Shown piece by piece: positions 1-13,223 of a stretch of 64,000 nt of DNA. A program made the translations under genes and the position numbers. Below the pieces are notes generated by a model. That model was not told the origin of the DNA and did no database searches. It saw only the letters and a program-made list of their open reading frames with translations. Numbering within the stretch: the first letter of the stretch is position 1; the number at the start of each line of letters is the position of its first letter. Source of the DNA: Heptranchias perlo (lineage: Eukaryota); the NCBI RefSeq assembly GCF_035084215.1, contig NC_090335.1:24118001-24182000 (forward strand), given 5' to 3'.

Positions 1-308
1 CTTAATGTCACGTTGTCTAAACAAGGCTAGTATCTGTTACTTTCTTGGACCATTAAAATTAAAATTTATTGAGGTGAATGGAAACCCATCAATATTGGAC
101 AGTATTTCATTTTATGAAGCACCTCAATTCATTACAAAACTTCTCCAGAAAGGCATAACTGCTCATTAAACAAAAAAGTTTTCATTCAACATTTTATTTT
201 TACTTTGATAAAATCTTTTTGGTTACAATGAACAAATTCAGGTTTATATAAAGAGAAAAAATCACCTTCCTAAGCTGCTCTTTTTGTCACTATTAACAAC
301 ATTCTTAC

Positions 309-830
309 CTGTTGATTTCTGTTTTCCCGCTGACAGCAAGATCTGCAAATGCTAACAGACTTATCCACACACTCTGCAGCATCTTTCTCTTTAAGCCCTC
401 TATAAAATACTCCACAGGGTAAGTGCAACCTAAACACTTCCAGCTGGAAAGACTTCAACCTTTCTCTCTCATACACACACTGCTTCTGGTTGTGACACTA
501 TTTCACTGAAAAGAATCTCTCTTGCTGCTCTTATTTCTCGCTCTCCCACTCACTGTTCGGCGGTAGTTATGTAAATGAAACAGTCTGACAGTCTCGGTGA
601 AGCACTCGGTGACGTTTCTGCTCTCAGGATTGCCTGCAGTTCTGGGGGGCAGGAGCTGTACGAATTGCTGAGGTGGGCTTGCTATAATGAATTGCCGGGG
701 GTGGGTAGGTGGGCCAGAGCCAGAGGTCTCCATGCTTTGCCTCCCAGACACAATAATGGATTGATTGATACAGCGCACCCTGCTGCTCGCTCACATGGAA
801 ACCACAGCGAAAGCCTCTTCTGTTGAGACT
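309..830 (-). other. Possible promoter / non-coding first exon of a host gene running off the left edge
   Basis: Non-repetitive sequence; minus-strand donor CAACAG|GTAAGAAT with exon end at 309; TGACGT half-site near 610 and TGATTGAT near 762. No recognisable protein. Confidence 0.25.
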
Positions 831-1960
831 TCTTAAATTGAAAACATTTTACTATTAATATTCACAATAGTGTAAGGCGTTCTTTTCTCTTTATTTAACG
901 TATGAGGAGTGCACCTTATAATGGCGAAACAAGCTTTGTTTTAGTGGAATTACTGAAAAGTGTTGAGGGGGGAGTAAATTAATTTACCCATTAATAAAAA
1001 AAGGACAAGGATGGTATTTGTTTTTCTGCACAAGAACATAAATTGGTTTTTCATTTTGTGTCACCTTCCTAGCTCTTTTTTGTCATTGTGTAATGACAAT
1101 GTTCACATCGTTCCTTTTTATAGTTAAACTCCTTCACCGTATTTTACATATTTATAAAACTTTATTTTATTTATTTTTAAATCAGTTTCCCTCTTTTTTT
1201 TCCTCTTCTCTTGGAGGCAATGACTCGTGCTGGGGTTCATTTTCATGTTGCAGTTCCACAGGCATCATAAGTACCTTCTGCTACCTCTTCGAGATGGTGA
1301 GTCTTCACAATGTGAGCTTAGACAATGACTTCACTATCAACGAGCTGCTTCACTGATCCTGTCCTCACACACAAACTTTCCTGAATAACAATCAGGAGTA
1401 AAATTTCCTCTAATGGTACTGTGCTTAAGTGTATACCTGTGGGCAGTGAGTGAATTGAGTGGGTATTGTGTGAAGAACAACATGAGAATGATGGTACTGG
1501 CCCTGAATTTGGTAGGCGGCTGGCTTCGCCATCTTCACTCCCTTTATGCCAATGATCCGGTCTGACCTTGTCAACGGAACTCAAAGTCTTTATATTAAGA
1601 GTTCCTCTTCTGTCCTTATCTGCTCCCTTCTGTCATGTGGCACCTTGTCCTTTAAGAGTTGAGTGGCTGGAACTCTCAGGAGTGCAGACAGTGACACCCA
1701 TGTGCTCATTGCGTGGCCCATAATGAGTGTGAGTTCAGTAATTACATCATCCAGTTAGATTTTCTTTGATGTATTTTTTGGACAGAGCCCTTTGAGAATG
1801 TCAGAATGGCAAGAAATTAAAGGTATATAAGTTACTGCTGTAAAGCATACCCTGCTGCAGATTGGGCATTAATCATATAACATTCAAAGAGCTGTAAGGT
1901 AGTCTGAATGGGAGGAAAACGTTGTGGCATGCAAACTTTGCCAGTCTACTTGGTATAAGG

Positions 1961-2075
1961 TCACTTGGTATGAGTTCTGAAGGAAGGTCATCGACCTGAA
2001 AGGTTAATTCTGTTTCTCTCTTCACAGATGCCGCCAGCCCTGCTGAGTATTTCCAGCATTTTCTGTTTTTATTTA
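1961..2075 (+). mobile_element. Short PLE family-B pseudo-LTR insertion (hammerhead-only)
   Basis: TSD TGGTATAAGG at 1951-1960 and 2076-2085; homologous to the repeats at 33215-33393 and 42190-42626. Confidence 0.75.
1972..2010 (+). ncRNA. Degenerate minimal hammerhead ribozyme (family B)
   Basis: GAGTT-CTGAAGG-A-AGGTC-ATC-GACCT-GAAA-GGT-T-AATTC. Stems I and II pair, but core A9>G and the stem-III palindrome is broken. Confidence 0.55.
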
Positions 2076-3247
2076 TGGTATAAGGCTATAGTGGGTAGTC
2101 TTAGCTGTTGAGGTGTGCAAACTTCTTCTGCATTTGCTACCAGGTCCATTACATTGTGGAAACAGCTTTGACATGGTCTGACACCACCTCCCATGCATTC
2201 TCTAAGTTTCATCTATGTGGACGGTGCCTTGCAGTACCTAATGGGGCAATCCTCCTTTGCTGCACTTTTTCCAGCAGCATCCTTACAGGTGTATGGGCAA
2301 ATCAAGGAACTGATTGATGCCTCTGCTCCAAGTAGCCTATGATTTATAATGCGATCAAACTTTTATCCACCAATCTTTTTAAAATGCTTTTAAATCATTG
2401 CAGTGGCACCAGGTATTCCAGCTCAAGAACAGTGAGCTCCCAGTGACTGGCATGTTACACACTAGGAACTTGCTGCACATACATAATCAGGCCTGACCCC
2501 ACAAAAGTCGGAGGAGGTTAGTCACGCACTGAAAGGTACAAAGTCCGCTATGCAAAGTTCCCGTTCAATCTGTGAACATTGCAGAAAATCTGTGCTTTTC
2601 TGTGTAAGATGTTCCAACAATAATGTATTCAAGGCATGCTTGTTCTCATGTGTGGAGAAATTTCCATTGAGGCCAGCCCAAGTCACAGACAGTATTGTCT
2701 TTTTCCTTGTAAGCAGTTCATTTATTGAACTGTGGTGAAACTGGACCAGTCCAGGATGCAGGCCAGTTTGGGTTTATTGAGACCTCTGAATTTGATCATT
2801 TTTTTTTTACACACATCTTTCTTCTCCTATTTTCTTTCCACTCTGTTTCTTTCTGTAGTTTTAGTTAGGTTGGTAAAGATAGGTTCAGGCCTGCTCAGAG
2901 TCAGAGGTGGTGAAGATTGTATGAAATCTGAACGGTTTGAAATTGGACCAATTCAGATAAACTCAAAAAGATCTTAACTTTTGTCCATTTTGGATGGCGT
3001 GTCCATCAAATAAAAGTAGCATGGTCCCACGTGGACTTTGATACATTTTTATCACACACAGTGTGCAAAGGCACATTGGCAATACCACAGTGACAAATAT
3101 GCAAATATCCACCGTCTCTCTGTCAACTTCTTTTACTGGCAGCTAGAAGTGATTGTCAAATGCTCCAAGCTACCTTTAGTCCTCAATGACTTTTGTCAAT
3201 GACAATTTTTATGTCCATAATAGACAGGCAAAGCCAGTACTTATCTC

Positions 3248-3529
3248 AGGTATCAACCTTGGCTCAGTGGTAGCACTCTCACCTTTGAGTCTGATGGTTG
3301 TGGGTTCAAGTCCCATAATAGAGACTTGAGCACATAATCTAGGCTGATACCGAGGCAGTGCTGCAGGGTTGGAGGTGCCGTCTTTCAGATGAGACATTAA
3401 ACTGAGGCCCTGTCTGTCCTCTCAGGCGAACGTAAAAGATCCTGTTGCACTATTTGAAGAAAAGCAGGGGAGTTCTCCCTGGTGTCCTGGCCAATATTTA
3501 CCTCTCAACCAACATCACTAAAAAACAGA
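3248..3529 (+). mobile_element. Deu-domain SINE (SacSINE1-like), 5' part
   Basis: tRNA-like head with A box TGGCTCAGTGG and B box GGTTCAAGTCC, followed by Deu core (GGTGCCGTCTTTCAGATGAGACATTAAAC...GGCCAATATTT). Confidence 0.8.
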
Positions 3530-3785
3530 GCAGCAGCTATATGTAAACTAGCTGGAGCAATCTCTTATCTTTATCTTGACTGGATTCAAACTTGTCAACA
3601 AAGAATCTACCTAATCAGCTTCTTTTAATAGGTCAAAGTGCCTGTCTGCAAACTCTCATCTTTCTTGGTTCTGGGTTTAAATATGCTCTACTGACTCTGA
3701 CCCTCTCTAACTTGATATCAGGCATCTCAGGCTACCTCTAAAGCAGACCAAAAAAGTTAGATTTAAATACAAATAACAGAGAAAG

Positions 3786-4165
3786 AATCATAGAATGCTA
3801 CAGTACAGAAGCAGGCCATTTGGCCGATGAAGCATGTAATGGTGTTTCCCACCATATGAGCCTTCTTGTCTAATCCCATTTTCGAGCTCAATCCCCATTA
3901 CTATTATTCCTTTTCAAGCATCTACCTAATTCCCTTTTAAAAGAAATTATGGACTCTGTTTCTATAATGGTTTGCTCCAGCCACATTCTAACCATCCCCT
4001 GTGTAAAGTACAGTTTCCTAACCTGCCCTTTAATTCTTTTTGTTATTATCTTTAAACTTGTGCCCTCTCATTACATTTTGCCGACCAGTGGAAACAATCC
4101 ATCACTATTTACTACATCGTAACCTTTCATAATCTTGAAGACCACTATCAAGTCACCTCTTAACC
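3786..4165 (-). mobile_element. CR1 LINE 3' fragment
   Basis: Reverse complement of the CR1 ORF2 end and 3' UTR seen in other copies in the window. Confidence 0.75.
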
Positions 4166-4184
4166 TTTACAATTTCAATGAAAA

Positions 4185-4465
4185 CCTTAAAATTAGAGCG
4201 AGGCAGTTCAGGGGTGATGTCAGGAAGCACTTCTTCACACAAAGAGTAGTGGAAATCTGGAACTCTCTCCCCCCCAAAAAGCTGTTGAGGCTGGGGGTGA
4301 ATTGAAAATTTCAAAACTGAGATCGATAGATTTTTGTTAGGCAAGGGTATTAAGGGTTACGGAACCAAGGCGGGTAAATGGAGTTAAGATACAGATCAGC
4401 CATGATCTAATTAAATGGTGGAACAGGCTCGAGGGGCTGAATGGCCTACTCCTGTTCCTATGTAC
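4185..4465 (+). mobile_element. CR1 LINE 3' fragment
   Basis: RKHFFTQRVVEIWNSL motif; 3' UTR ...GGCCTACTCCTGTTCCTATG. Confidence 0.85.
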
Positions 4466-6694
4466 CTAAAAGAAAGTACAATGTGCAGCAAGTTACTGAA
4501 ACAGAACCAACTGTGTGCAGCTCTGGAGATGATGATATATATTTATTCTCAATACTAGAACAGTGCACCATCGATTCGATGATCAGCATTGAGCCCAGGG
4601 AACGCCTATTTCCCATGCACAAATGTCAGAAAAAAGGGGATACGCACCAATTACGCCAGGTCTTCGTTGCTTTTATATTGCCCTTGGATTTCTGGAGCTT
4701 GGCTTGAGGGGTGGAGTAGGGCCTATGCCTGCAATCCTGCACCTGCAATAGTTGCAGGCTTAGCACAACCGTGATACTGAGGTGGAAGATGGCATTTCCA
4801 GGCCTCCCACTCAATTTCCTGTGCTTGTAGCCTAGGGACACCCATTTCGAGTGGCACCTCAAGAAGCTAGTAGCGAACCTTGCACCTGGAATCTCCACGG
4901 ATCGGAGGGTCTGAGGAGGCCGGGAAGCAAGGCGGAGAAATGCTGGAGGTTAGGTGGCATTCTTTTATTTCCAGTACCATATGGATTTTTATGTCTGGAG
5001 GTCCTCTTGTTGCTGTTCTTCAACAGCAGCCAGAAGACCCTGAGACTAGCAGCCAGGTCTACAGCCGCCTTTCTGTTTCCTTTCCCATTTCCCGAAACAA
5101 GGCCCTGTTGATGGCTCAGCCTACTAAATTCTAGCATCGATCACTGGTTGCTGAAAGTCTAGACTTATGACGATTTGATAATCCTGCTGACTACATGTCA
5201 CAACATTGTTATGAATTGTAAAAGATCAACAATTAAGAATATTTTACTGTCTTAATATGGATATGAGGGGCATAGGTGAGTATTGCTTTTAATTGTAACT
5301 TGGAACCAAGGAAGTGGCTTGGAGTCTCAAAGGATGGACAATCTTTTAAAAATAATTGTGATCTGCCCGAATACACGGGAGCCTGAAGGGTAACCCCACG
5401 GGGTCAAGGCGGGGTGGGGGGGGGGACATGGTTTGTGGTGGTCCTGGGCAACTCTCCACAAAAAGGAGGCCAGGCATTGGATTTTCCAATTCCATGCAAC
5501 ATGTGCCTGAAGTGACACTTCCTGCACCCCCCCCACCCACCCGCTCCCCCCCCCACCCCGCCCCTGGCCTTCTGCAGATTAGCTACCCTCCCATTAACAC
5601 TGCAGGGTCAGTATTGGACAATGGGGATGTTTGGGGCTGAGCAACTTGTTTGGAGACCTAAATATAATTTTCAACATCAATATAACCTCAAAGTGAATAC
5701 GGAGTGGGAAAAAAAAACAAAATGCCACACAACTGAATCAACAGAGCAAAGTAACCCTCTGCTGCTGACTACAGTGGTTATCAGGTTACTGTGGAAACGG
5801 ATTATACCCAGGCCCAGAACTTACATTCAGGCTTTGTTGGTTTCTGTTAGACTAGCTGCAGTTTTACATTGACGAATGTTATGTGTTTCTAAATCTGGAA
5901 AACCTAATCTTCTTGAAACTATGTTCTCTGCAAAGCCTAATAATGGTAAACGTCCAAAGGTTATATTTTCCTTTTCTGTGTGGACAGTGCGAGGGGAAAG
6001 TATGGGAGAAAATTGTACTCGGAGACTCAGAGATGATTGTTTCTATGTTACTAATTTGTTTATGTGGTTACTTCTGTTTTCCCTTCAATTTAATCTCTTC
6101 ACACTTGGTTTGAGTTACCCGTTTATGCTACAAATATATTGTTAGTTAAAAAAAATTACAACACATTAAAGCAACACTTCAATTCTCTCACATAGTTATC
6201 AACAGTCTTTTTATTCACAGCTCAATCCTATAAGTAAAACAAATCTCTGCATGCTTTGAAATCAATGCTGTTCTGAGAATGAAGACTCTGAAGAATACAA
6301 TTGTGTATCTAGAGAATTATTTAATATTGCATGTTATAAATTGCACGTTGCTGATCAACCCAACAAGGTGTGGCATTTAAAAGATTGAGGAATTTTGGTC
6401 AGTGAATCATGTAGACCAGGAAGGTCGCCAATATAATTTTGTGATCTCTGTTGAGGCAATGATACGGATGCTACAATTAACCTCAGTACCCTTGCCATAG
6501 GGAGGGTAAAACTGGTCAGGGTTCTTGCTTCTAAACTATACGTTTGGAGATGTTGGTTGAGGACAGGATCAGTCTCAGTTCCACTCCCCCTGTTGACATT
6601 TATTATCAAGGCCCACACTGGAATAATACCCATGGGTGAGGTACCACTGGGTGGCTATGGATGATGAAAGTGCCCATTAGCAAAGAGTCAATGG

Positions 6695-9352
6695 GGTAGG
6701 GAAGGAAGAAGGGGGCGTGGGGTAGCTGTACTAATTAGGGACAACATAATGGCAATAGAAAAAAGGGACATAAGTAACATTAAAAAGAAACAGATTCTGA
6801 ATGGATTGAGACAAAGGATAAGAAGGGATCGATCATGTTAATAGGGGTATTCTACAGACCACCTAATAGTGGAAGGGAAGTGGAGGATGAAATATGTAGG
6901 CAAATCTATGAAATGAGTAAAGAACAATAATTATGGGAGATTTCAACAACCCCCAAATAAACTGGCAAGAAGACATAGGGAAAGGGGAAAAGGGAATGGA
7001 GTTTTTACAGTGTGTACAGGACTCCTTTGTTACCCAGTATGTGAGAAGCCCAACAAAAGAGGAATCACTGCTGGATCTAGTAATGGGAAATGAACCAGAG
7101 CAGATATAAGAAGTAAGTGTAGGGGAACATCTAGGCAATAGCGATCATAACATAATAAGGTTTAAAATAATGATTGAGAGAGACATAAGTAAGACAAAAA
7201 CCAAAGTAATAGATTGGAAAAAAGCTAATTTTGAGGGGATGGAAGTGGAACTAGGGAAGGTAAACTGGAAAAAAAATTGACAGAAAAAGAGATAGAACAG
7301 CAATAGGAAATATTTAAAACTCAATAGAGTTCAGGAGAAATATATTCCTCTAAAAAGCTAGAACAAACTAGCCAATGATGAAATACCAGGGATGAATAAA
7401 GAGATAAGGGTAAAATTGAAACTAAAGAAAAAAGCATGGACTAAGTACACAGACAATAAAAAGGGAATGACAAAAGGGAATATGAAGAGGTTAGGAAAGA
7501 AGTCAAAAAAACAATTAGGAAAGCCCAAAGGAACTACAAAATTAAATTATCAAGAAATAGTAAAGTATTCACAGACAAATAAATAACAAAAGAAAAATCA
7601 GGATAGGGATAGGGCCATTAAGGGATGCACAAGATAAACAAACAGGTAATGACAGCAAAATGGCAGAAATATTGAATAGTTACTTTGCCTCAGTATTTAC
7701 CAGGGAGACTAACAAGGTGGTAATGACATTAGAAGAAGAGATCAAAAAAAAAACATTTAAGATAGAAAGGGGGGAGATAAAACTTAGAGAGGATAAAATC
7801 CCTGGTCTGGATGGATTGCATCCGCGAATATAGCAGAGGCACTATTACATATATATGAAAAATCATTAGAGAAGGGAATAGTGCCAGAGGACTGACAGAC
7901 AGATAATGTTATTCCCATATTTAAAAAGGGAGATAGAACAAGTCCAGGGAACTATGGACCTAATAGCATAACGTCAGTGGTAGGAAGGATAATGGATTCT
8001 TTACTCAAAGATATAATAGAGAAACATCTAGAAAATGAAAATATAATAAAGAATAATCAACACGGATTTCAGAAGGGAAGGTCATGCTTGACCAACCTTA
8101 TTGAATTCTGTGAAGAAGTAACAGAAAGAGTAGACAAGGGTAATGTAGTAGATGTAATATACTTGGATTTTCAAAAGGCCTTCGATAAGGTGTCACATTG
8201 TAGACTCATGACTAAGGTCAGAGCATGTGGAGTCAGGGGACATGGAGCAGAATGGATAGCAAGTTGGCTACAAAACAGAAAACAGAGAGTGGGGTTAAGG
8301 TCAGCTGCTCATACTGGCAAAAGATGGGAAGTGGTGTTCCACAAGGATCGGTGCTGGGACCACTGTTGATCACAATTTACATTAATGATTTAGATTTGGG
8401 AATCGTAAGTACAATTTTAAAATTTGTGGACAACACCAAATTGGGTGGTGTAATTAATACAAAGAAAGAATGTGCCAAAATGTAAGAGGACGTTAATAAA
8501 CTTGAAGAATGGACGTGTAATTGGCAAATGAATTTCAACATAGGTAAGTGTGAAGTGGTGCGTTTTGGTAGGAAGAATAAGGAAGACACATACTGCTTGA
8601 ATAATAAGAGTCTGAATGGGGTAGAGGAGCAAAGGGATCTCAGGGTACAGATACACAAATCACTAAAAGTAGTGACGCAGGTTAATAAGACCATAAAAAA
8701 GGCAATCAAGCACTGGGGTGCATCTCTAGAGGGATAGAATTGAAAAGCAGAGAAGTTATGTTAAACTTGTGTGGAACATTGGTTAGACCACACTTGGAGT
8801 ACTGTCCACAGTTCTGGTCTCCATACTGTAGAAAGGATATAGAGGCATTGAAGAGGGTGAAAAAAAGATTCATAAGGATGATACCAGAACTGAGAGGATA
8901 TAGCTATCAGGAAAGGCTGAACAGGCTGGGGCTCTTTTGTCTAGAAAAGAGAAGGCTGAGGGATGACCTGATAGAGGCCTTTAAGATAATGAAAGGATTT
9001 GATAGGGTAGACGTAGAAAAAATGTTTCCACTTGTGAGGGAGTCGAAAACTAGAGGTCATAAATATAAAATAGTTGCTAATAAAGCCAATAGGGAATTCA
9101 GGAGAAATTTCTTTACCCAAATTGTGGTAAGAATGTTGAACTCGCTATCACAAGGAGTAGTTGAGGCAAATAGTATAGATAGATTAAAGGGGAAGCTAGA
9201 TAAGCACATGAGGGAGAAAGGAATAGAAGGATATGTTGATAGGGTTAGAAGAAGAGGGGTGGGAGAAGGCTCGTGTGGAGCATAAATGCTGGCATGGGCC
9301 AGTTGGGCCGAATGGCCTGTTTCTGTGCTGTGGACTCGATGTAACTTGATGT
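6695..9352 (+). mobile_element. CR1 LINE, 5'-truncated, disrupted ORF2 (APE endonuclease part + RT)
   Basis: IIMGDFN and LDLVM endonuclease motifs; QHGFQKGRSCLTNL, YLDFQKAFDKV, GVPQGSVLGP, RPHLEYC, RRNFFTQ; multiple frameshifts and stops. Confidence 0.95.
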
Positions 9353-9545
9353 AAAACAGATTATCTGGTCATTATTACATTGCACTTTGTGGGAGCTTGC
9401 TGTGTGCAGATTGGCTGCTGTATGCCCTACATTACAACAGCGACTACACGTTAAAAGTACTTCATTGGCTTTGGGACCTCCTGAGGTCATGAAAGGCACT
9501 ATATAAGTGCGAATCTCTTTTTTCTTTCTTTTTTCTTTCTTTCTT
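9353..9545 (+). mobile_element. Deu-domain SINE 3' half with (TTTC)n tail
   Basis: AAAACAGATTATCTGGTCATT...CTACATTACAACAG...GAAAGGCACTATATAAGTGC. The same tail occurs at ~36120-36235 and ~52040-52150. Confidence 0.75.
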
Positions 9546-10819
9546 TCTTTCCTTCTGATACCTTACTCTGATTCCTTCTGTGTATCAGCACAGGGTCTTT
9601 TGCATATATCTATCTCTTTTCCATTATGTGCATGTATGTCCTGTGCTCCTAATTGATATTAATATTCATATTTTCACTTTGTGGTTCTCTTTAGACTGTA
9701 CACCTCCTTCTGGAACTCAGTGGCCCTGAACATAGGAGACAGCATTGACTCCGTCACTGATACACTGCCATACTTGCCATCTTCTTTGTTATTTAGGGGA
9801 CTCCCTCACCAAAAATGTGCTTTCATCTCCCTAACTGCATTCACTAGCCTTCTTGCTGAAAATGGCTTTGTACTTTCTGAAAATGCTTTTGTCACCTTCC
9901 ACCACCAGTTCACATGCCATAGCTAGACTGTTGGATTTTTTGACCTATTTCACAGTTGCCGTTGAGGGAGGTGATGTGCTACGGCTGTTCATTAGTAAAT
10001 CTGTTAAACATTTGAAAAATGTACTTTACTTCTGTTTTTTCTTATAAATTGAGGAATGTTAGACCCAATGTTGTGATGTTATGTAATCGTTTTATTGCGG
10101 GAAAATGATTGCTGCACCAGGATTATTTTGGTTGCACTTACTCGCCTAAATTTTGCCCACCCAGAACTGTTCAAAACAAATGTTATTTGACTTCCCCACT
10201 GTCACATTGGAGTAATAATGAGCCACCGACTGCATAACAGCTAGAATTTTGTATTGTTGTAAAGCACAGATTTATTACTGGGTGCTAAAAATTGAAGTAT
10301 TTTCATATTTTTAATTTACTGAGAGTTATCAGTGATGTAGAGAGTACTAACCTCAAGGATCATAAAGCATAGAAGACAGATTTGAAGAGCTGCAGATGAA
10401 AGTGCAGAGAGGAACTTGCTCTTTCCTTGCTGTGAATTTTCAGTTGTGTAGTGCTGTTTGGATGGATTTTATAGCAGTTGCAAAGTGCTTCTTTGGGCAG
10501 TAAATGTGCCTTTGCTGGAATTCCCACCCGTTTGCATTTTCTCCTGGCATTATCATTAAGGGGGAAGGAACGTTTAGAGGGGGAACCTATCACAGATCGG
10601 AAACCTGTCCTGTTTCAAATCGTAAAAGACTCCGTATAGTAAACTTTCTGAAGCTCCACGTCCATCACAGAGCCTCACTCACCAGGAGCACAGATCAGAG
10701 GCCAGTGTGCCTGATTTGTAGCGCTTGTGATTTTCTGATCACTTAAATTAAATTAAAGTTACCCATTGGAAAATTGGGATCAGTATGATTCAGCCGCACT
10801 GACCTTTGTGGCCAATTCT

Positions 10820-11252
10820 CCTATCTGTTCCCCTTAGACCAGAGAAGGTTAAGGGGAGTTTTAATAGAGGTGTTCAAAATTATGAAGGGTTTTGACAGAG
10901 TAGATAGAGCAAAACTGTTTTCACTGGCAGGAGGGTCAGGAACCAGAGGACACAGATTTAAGATAATTGCCAGAAGAACCAGGGGGAAGATGAGGTGAAA
11001 TGTTGTTACGCAGTGAGTTGTTCTGATCTGGAATGCATTGCCTGAAAGGGCGGTGGAAGCAAATTCAGTAGTAACTTTCAAAGAGGGAATTTGATAAATG
11101 CTTGAAAAGGAAAACTTTGCAGGGCTATGGGGAATGAGCGGGGGTTGGGGTGGGGTGGGTGGGACAAATTGGATAGCTCTTTCAAAGAGCCGGCACAGGC
11201 ATGGTGGGCTGAATAGCTTCCTTCTGTGCTGTAAGATTCTATGATTCTATGA
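10820..11252 (+). mobile_element. CR1 LINE 3' fragment
   Basis: RRLRGVLIEVFKIMKGFDRVD; (ATTCTATG)n tail. Confidence 0.85.
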
Positions 11253-11725
11253 TCTGCACTTTCATCTATGGAGGGCCCATACCAGGAGCCTCGCAAAATT
11301 TAACTGTACATTTTTCATATTTCTTTATGGCCGCTTGTATCTGGCCTGCATTGTGATTAGTTCAAATGGTTTCTGCATGGCTGGGAGCAGGCAGTGCAGA
11401 TGGAACACATATTATTTGGACCAGGTACTATGTAAATAGTGTAACTTTAGAGCTCCTTTGTTTCTATGATGTTTTTAATTACATTTGAGGACAACATGCA
11501 CGGCCACAGACAAGCTACGGAAGGCGATGCTTTCCTGCCTTACTGTTTGCCAGAGAGAAGAAGATCTTCAGCAAACAAGCTAGGCTGTTTGATGTGGGAA
11601 TTGAAACAGTTAAGGGGTCGAGGACTAATATGTAGTTATGATGTGGAGATGCCGGTGATGGATTGGGGTTGACAATTGTAAACAATTTTACAACACCAAG
11701 TTATAGTCCAGCAATTTTATTTTAA

Positions 11726-11766
11726 ATTCACAAGCTTTCGGAGATTTTCTCCTTCCTCAGGCAAAT
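11726..11766 (-). ncRNA. Minimal type-I hammerhead ribozyme (family A)
   Basis: Exact inverted copy of 13183-13223. Confidence 0.85.
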
Positions 11767-11879
11767 GTTTCAGGATCTCCTTGAAGCCTACGCATTTATA
11801 CATATTGAACAATACATGGTGTTTACAGACTGCCCCTGCAACTGCCCGTTGCCAAGGCAATCACCGTGTTCAGACAAAT

Positions 11880-12936
11880 TCACAACATCAACAAGTTCCA
11901 TCCCACCATCAAGCTCACCATGGACTACTCCTCAGAATCAGTTTCTTTCTTGGACACACGAATCTCCATCAAAGACGGGCACCTCAGCACCTCACTCTAC
12001 CGCAAGCCCACGGACAACCTCACGATGCCTCACTTTTCCAGCTTCCACCCTAACCACGTCAAAGAGGCCATCCCCTATGGACAGGCCCTGCGAATACACA
12101 GGGTCTGCTCAGACGAGGAGGAACGCGATGGACACCTACAGACGCTGAAAGACGCCCTAGTAAGAACGGGATATGACGCTCGACTCATCGATCGACAGTT
12201 CCGACGGGCCACAGCAAAAAATCGCATAGACCTCCTCAGGAGACTAACACGGGACGCAACCAACAGAGTACCCTTTGTCGTCCAGTACTTCCCCGGAGCG
12301 GAGAAACTACGCCATGTTCTCCGCAGCCTTCAACATGTCATCAATGAGGACAAACACCTCGCTATGGCCATCCCCACACCTCCACTACTCGCCTTTAAAC
12401 AGCCACCCAACCTCAAACAGACCATCGTTCGCAGCAAACTACCTAGCTTTCAAGAGAACAGCGTCCACGACGCCACACAACCCTGCCACGGTAACCTCTG
12501 CAAGACATGCCAGATCATCGACACAGATACCACCATCACACGAGATGACACCACCCACCAGGTGCATGGTTCATACTCCTGTGACTCGGCCAACGTTGTC
12601 TACCTCATACGTTGCAGGAAAGGATGCCCCAGAACATGGTACATTGGCGAGACCATGCAGACGCTGCGACAACGGATGAACGGACACCGCGCAACAATCG
12701 CCAAACAGGAGGGTTCCCTCCCAGTCGGGGAACACTTCAGCAGTCATGGACATTCATCCACCGACCTTCGGGTAAGCGTACTCCAAGGCGGCCTTCGAGA
12801 CACACGACAACGCAAAATCGTCGAGCAGAAATTGATAGCCAAGTTCCGCACCCATGAGGACGGCCTCAACCGGGATCTTGGGTTCATGTCACGCTACACG
12901 TTACCCCACCAGCGAACAAATGTTATCTGTTTTTAA
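11880..12936 (+). pseudogene. 5'-truncated PLE ORF: RT C-terminus/thumb, Cys linker, GIY-YIG endonuclease
   Basis: FHPTIKLT..SVSFLDTRI..SLYRKPTD (RT); CHGNLCKTC linker (Cys knuckle typical of the Neptune group); NVVYLIRC..WYIGET..RMNGH..EQKLI..GLNRD (GIY-YIG). Uninterrupted for ~350 codons. Confidence 0.92.
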
Positions 12937-13087
12937 TATAATGGGTCATTTGCTGGCTCTCTCTGCCTTCCGGATGTTTCTGCCTCTCTCTGTGTTTTTT
13001 TTTCTCTGTTTTTTTTCCCTGTTTGTTTTTTTGTTGAATGTGTCTTCGGGGGTTCTGCAGATGACACCTCTCTGTCTGAACACGGTG

Positions 13088-13154
13088 ATTGCCTTGGCAA
13101 CGGGCAGTTGCAGGGGCAGTCTGTAAACACCATGTATTGTTCAATATGTATAAA
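13088..13154 (+). promoter_or_regulatory. Putative PLE pseudo-LTR promoter (X-box-like, MYB-like, TATA)
   Basis: ATTGCCTTGGCAAC at 13088-13101, CAACGG/CAGTTG, TATAAA at 13149-13154; same motifs and spacing at 16058-16124. Confidence 0.5.
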
Positions 13155-13182
13155 TGCGTAGGCTTCAAGGAGATCCTGAAAC

Positions 13183-13223
13183 ATTTGCCTGAGGAAGGAG
13201 AAAATCTCCGAAAGCTTGTGAAT
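13183..13223 (+). ncRNA. Minimal type-I hammerhead ribozyme (family A)
   Basis: ATTTGC-CTGAGGA-A-GGAGA-AAA-TCTCC-GAAA-GCT-T-GTGAAT: CUGANGA/GAAA core, stem II, palindromic AGCU stem III, stem I with G-U pairs. Confidence 0.85.

Larger units (their letters stand above)
1200..2330 (-). mobile_element. Highly degraded Harbinger Myb/SANT-like gene remnant
   Basis: Minus-strand reading gives AWEVVSDHVKAVSTM*WTW*QMQKKFAHL (~2105-2200) and KVPHDRREQIRTEE (~1600-1645). These resemble exons 1 and 2 of the Myb genes at 37521 and 21950. Confidence 0.55.

Noticed and set aside
270-826. Short ORFs 270-476, 503-778 and 575-826 as host proteins
   Set aside because: No recognisable domain, overlapping on both strands, and no consistent exon chain.
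3248-3320. tRNA genes (also ~30060 and ~53450)
   Set aside because: The A/B boxes belong to SINE heads; there is no complete cloverleaf.
11866-11880. GTG start of the 356-aa PLE ORF
   Set aside because: The start lies in the inverted arm at the junction. The RT catalytic core is missing, so this is a truncation rather than a complete gene.
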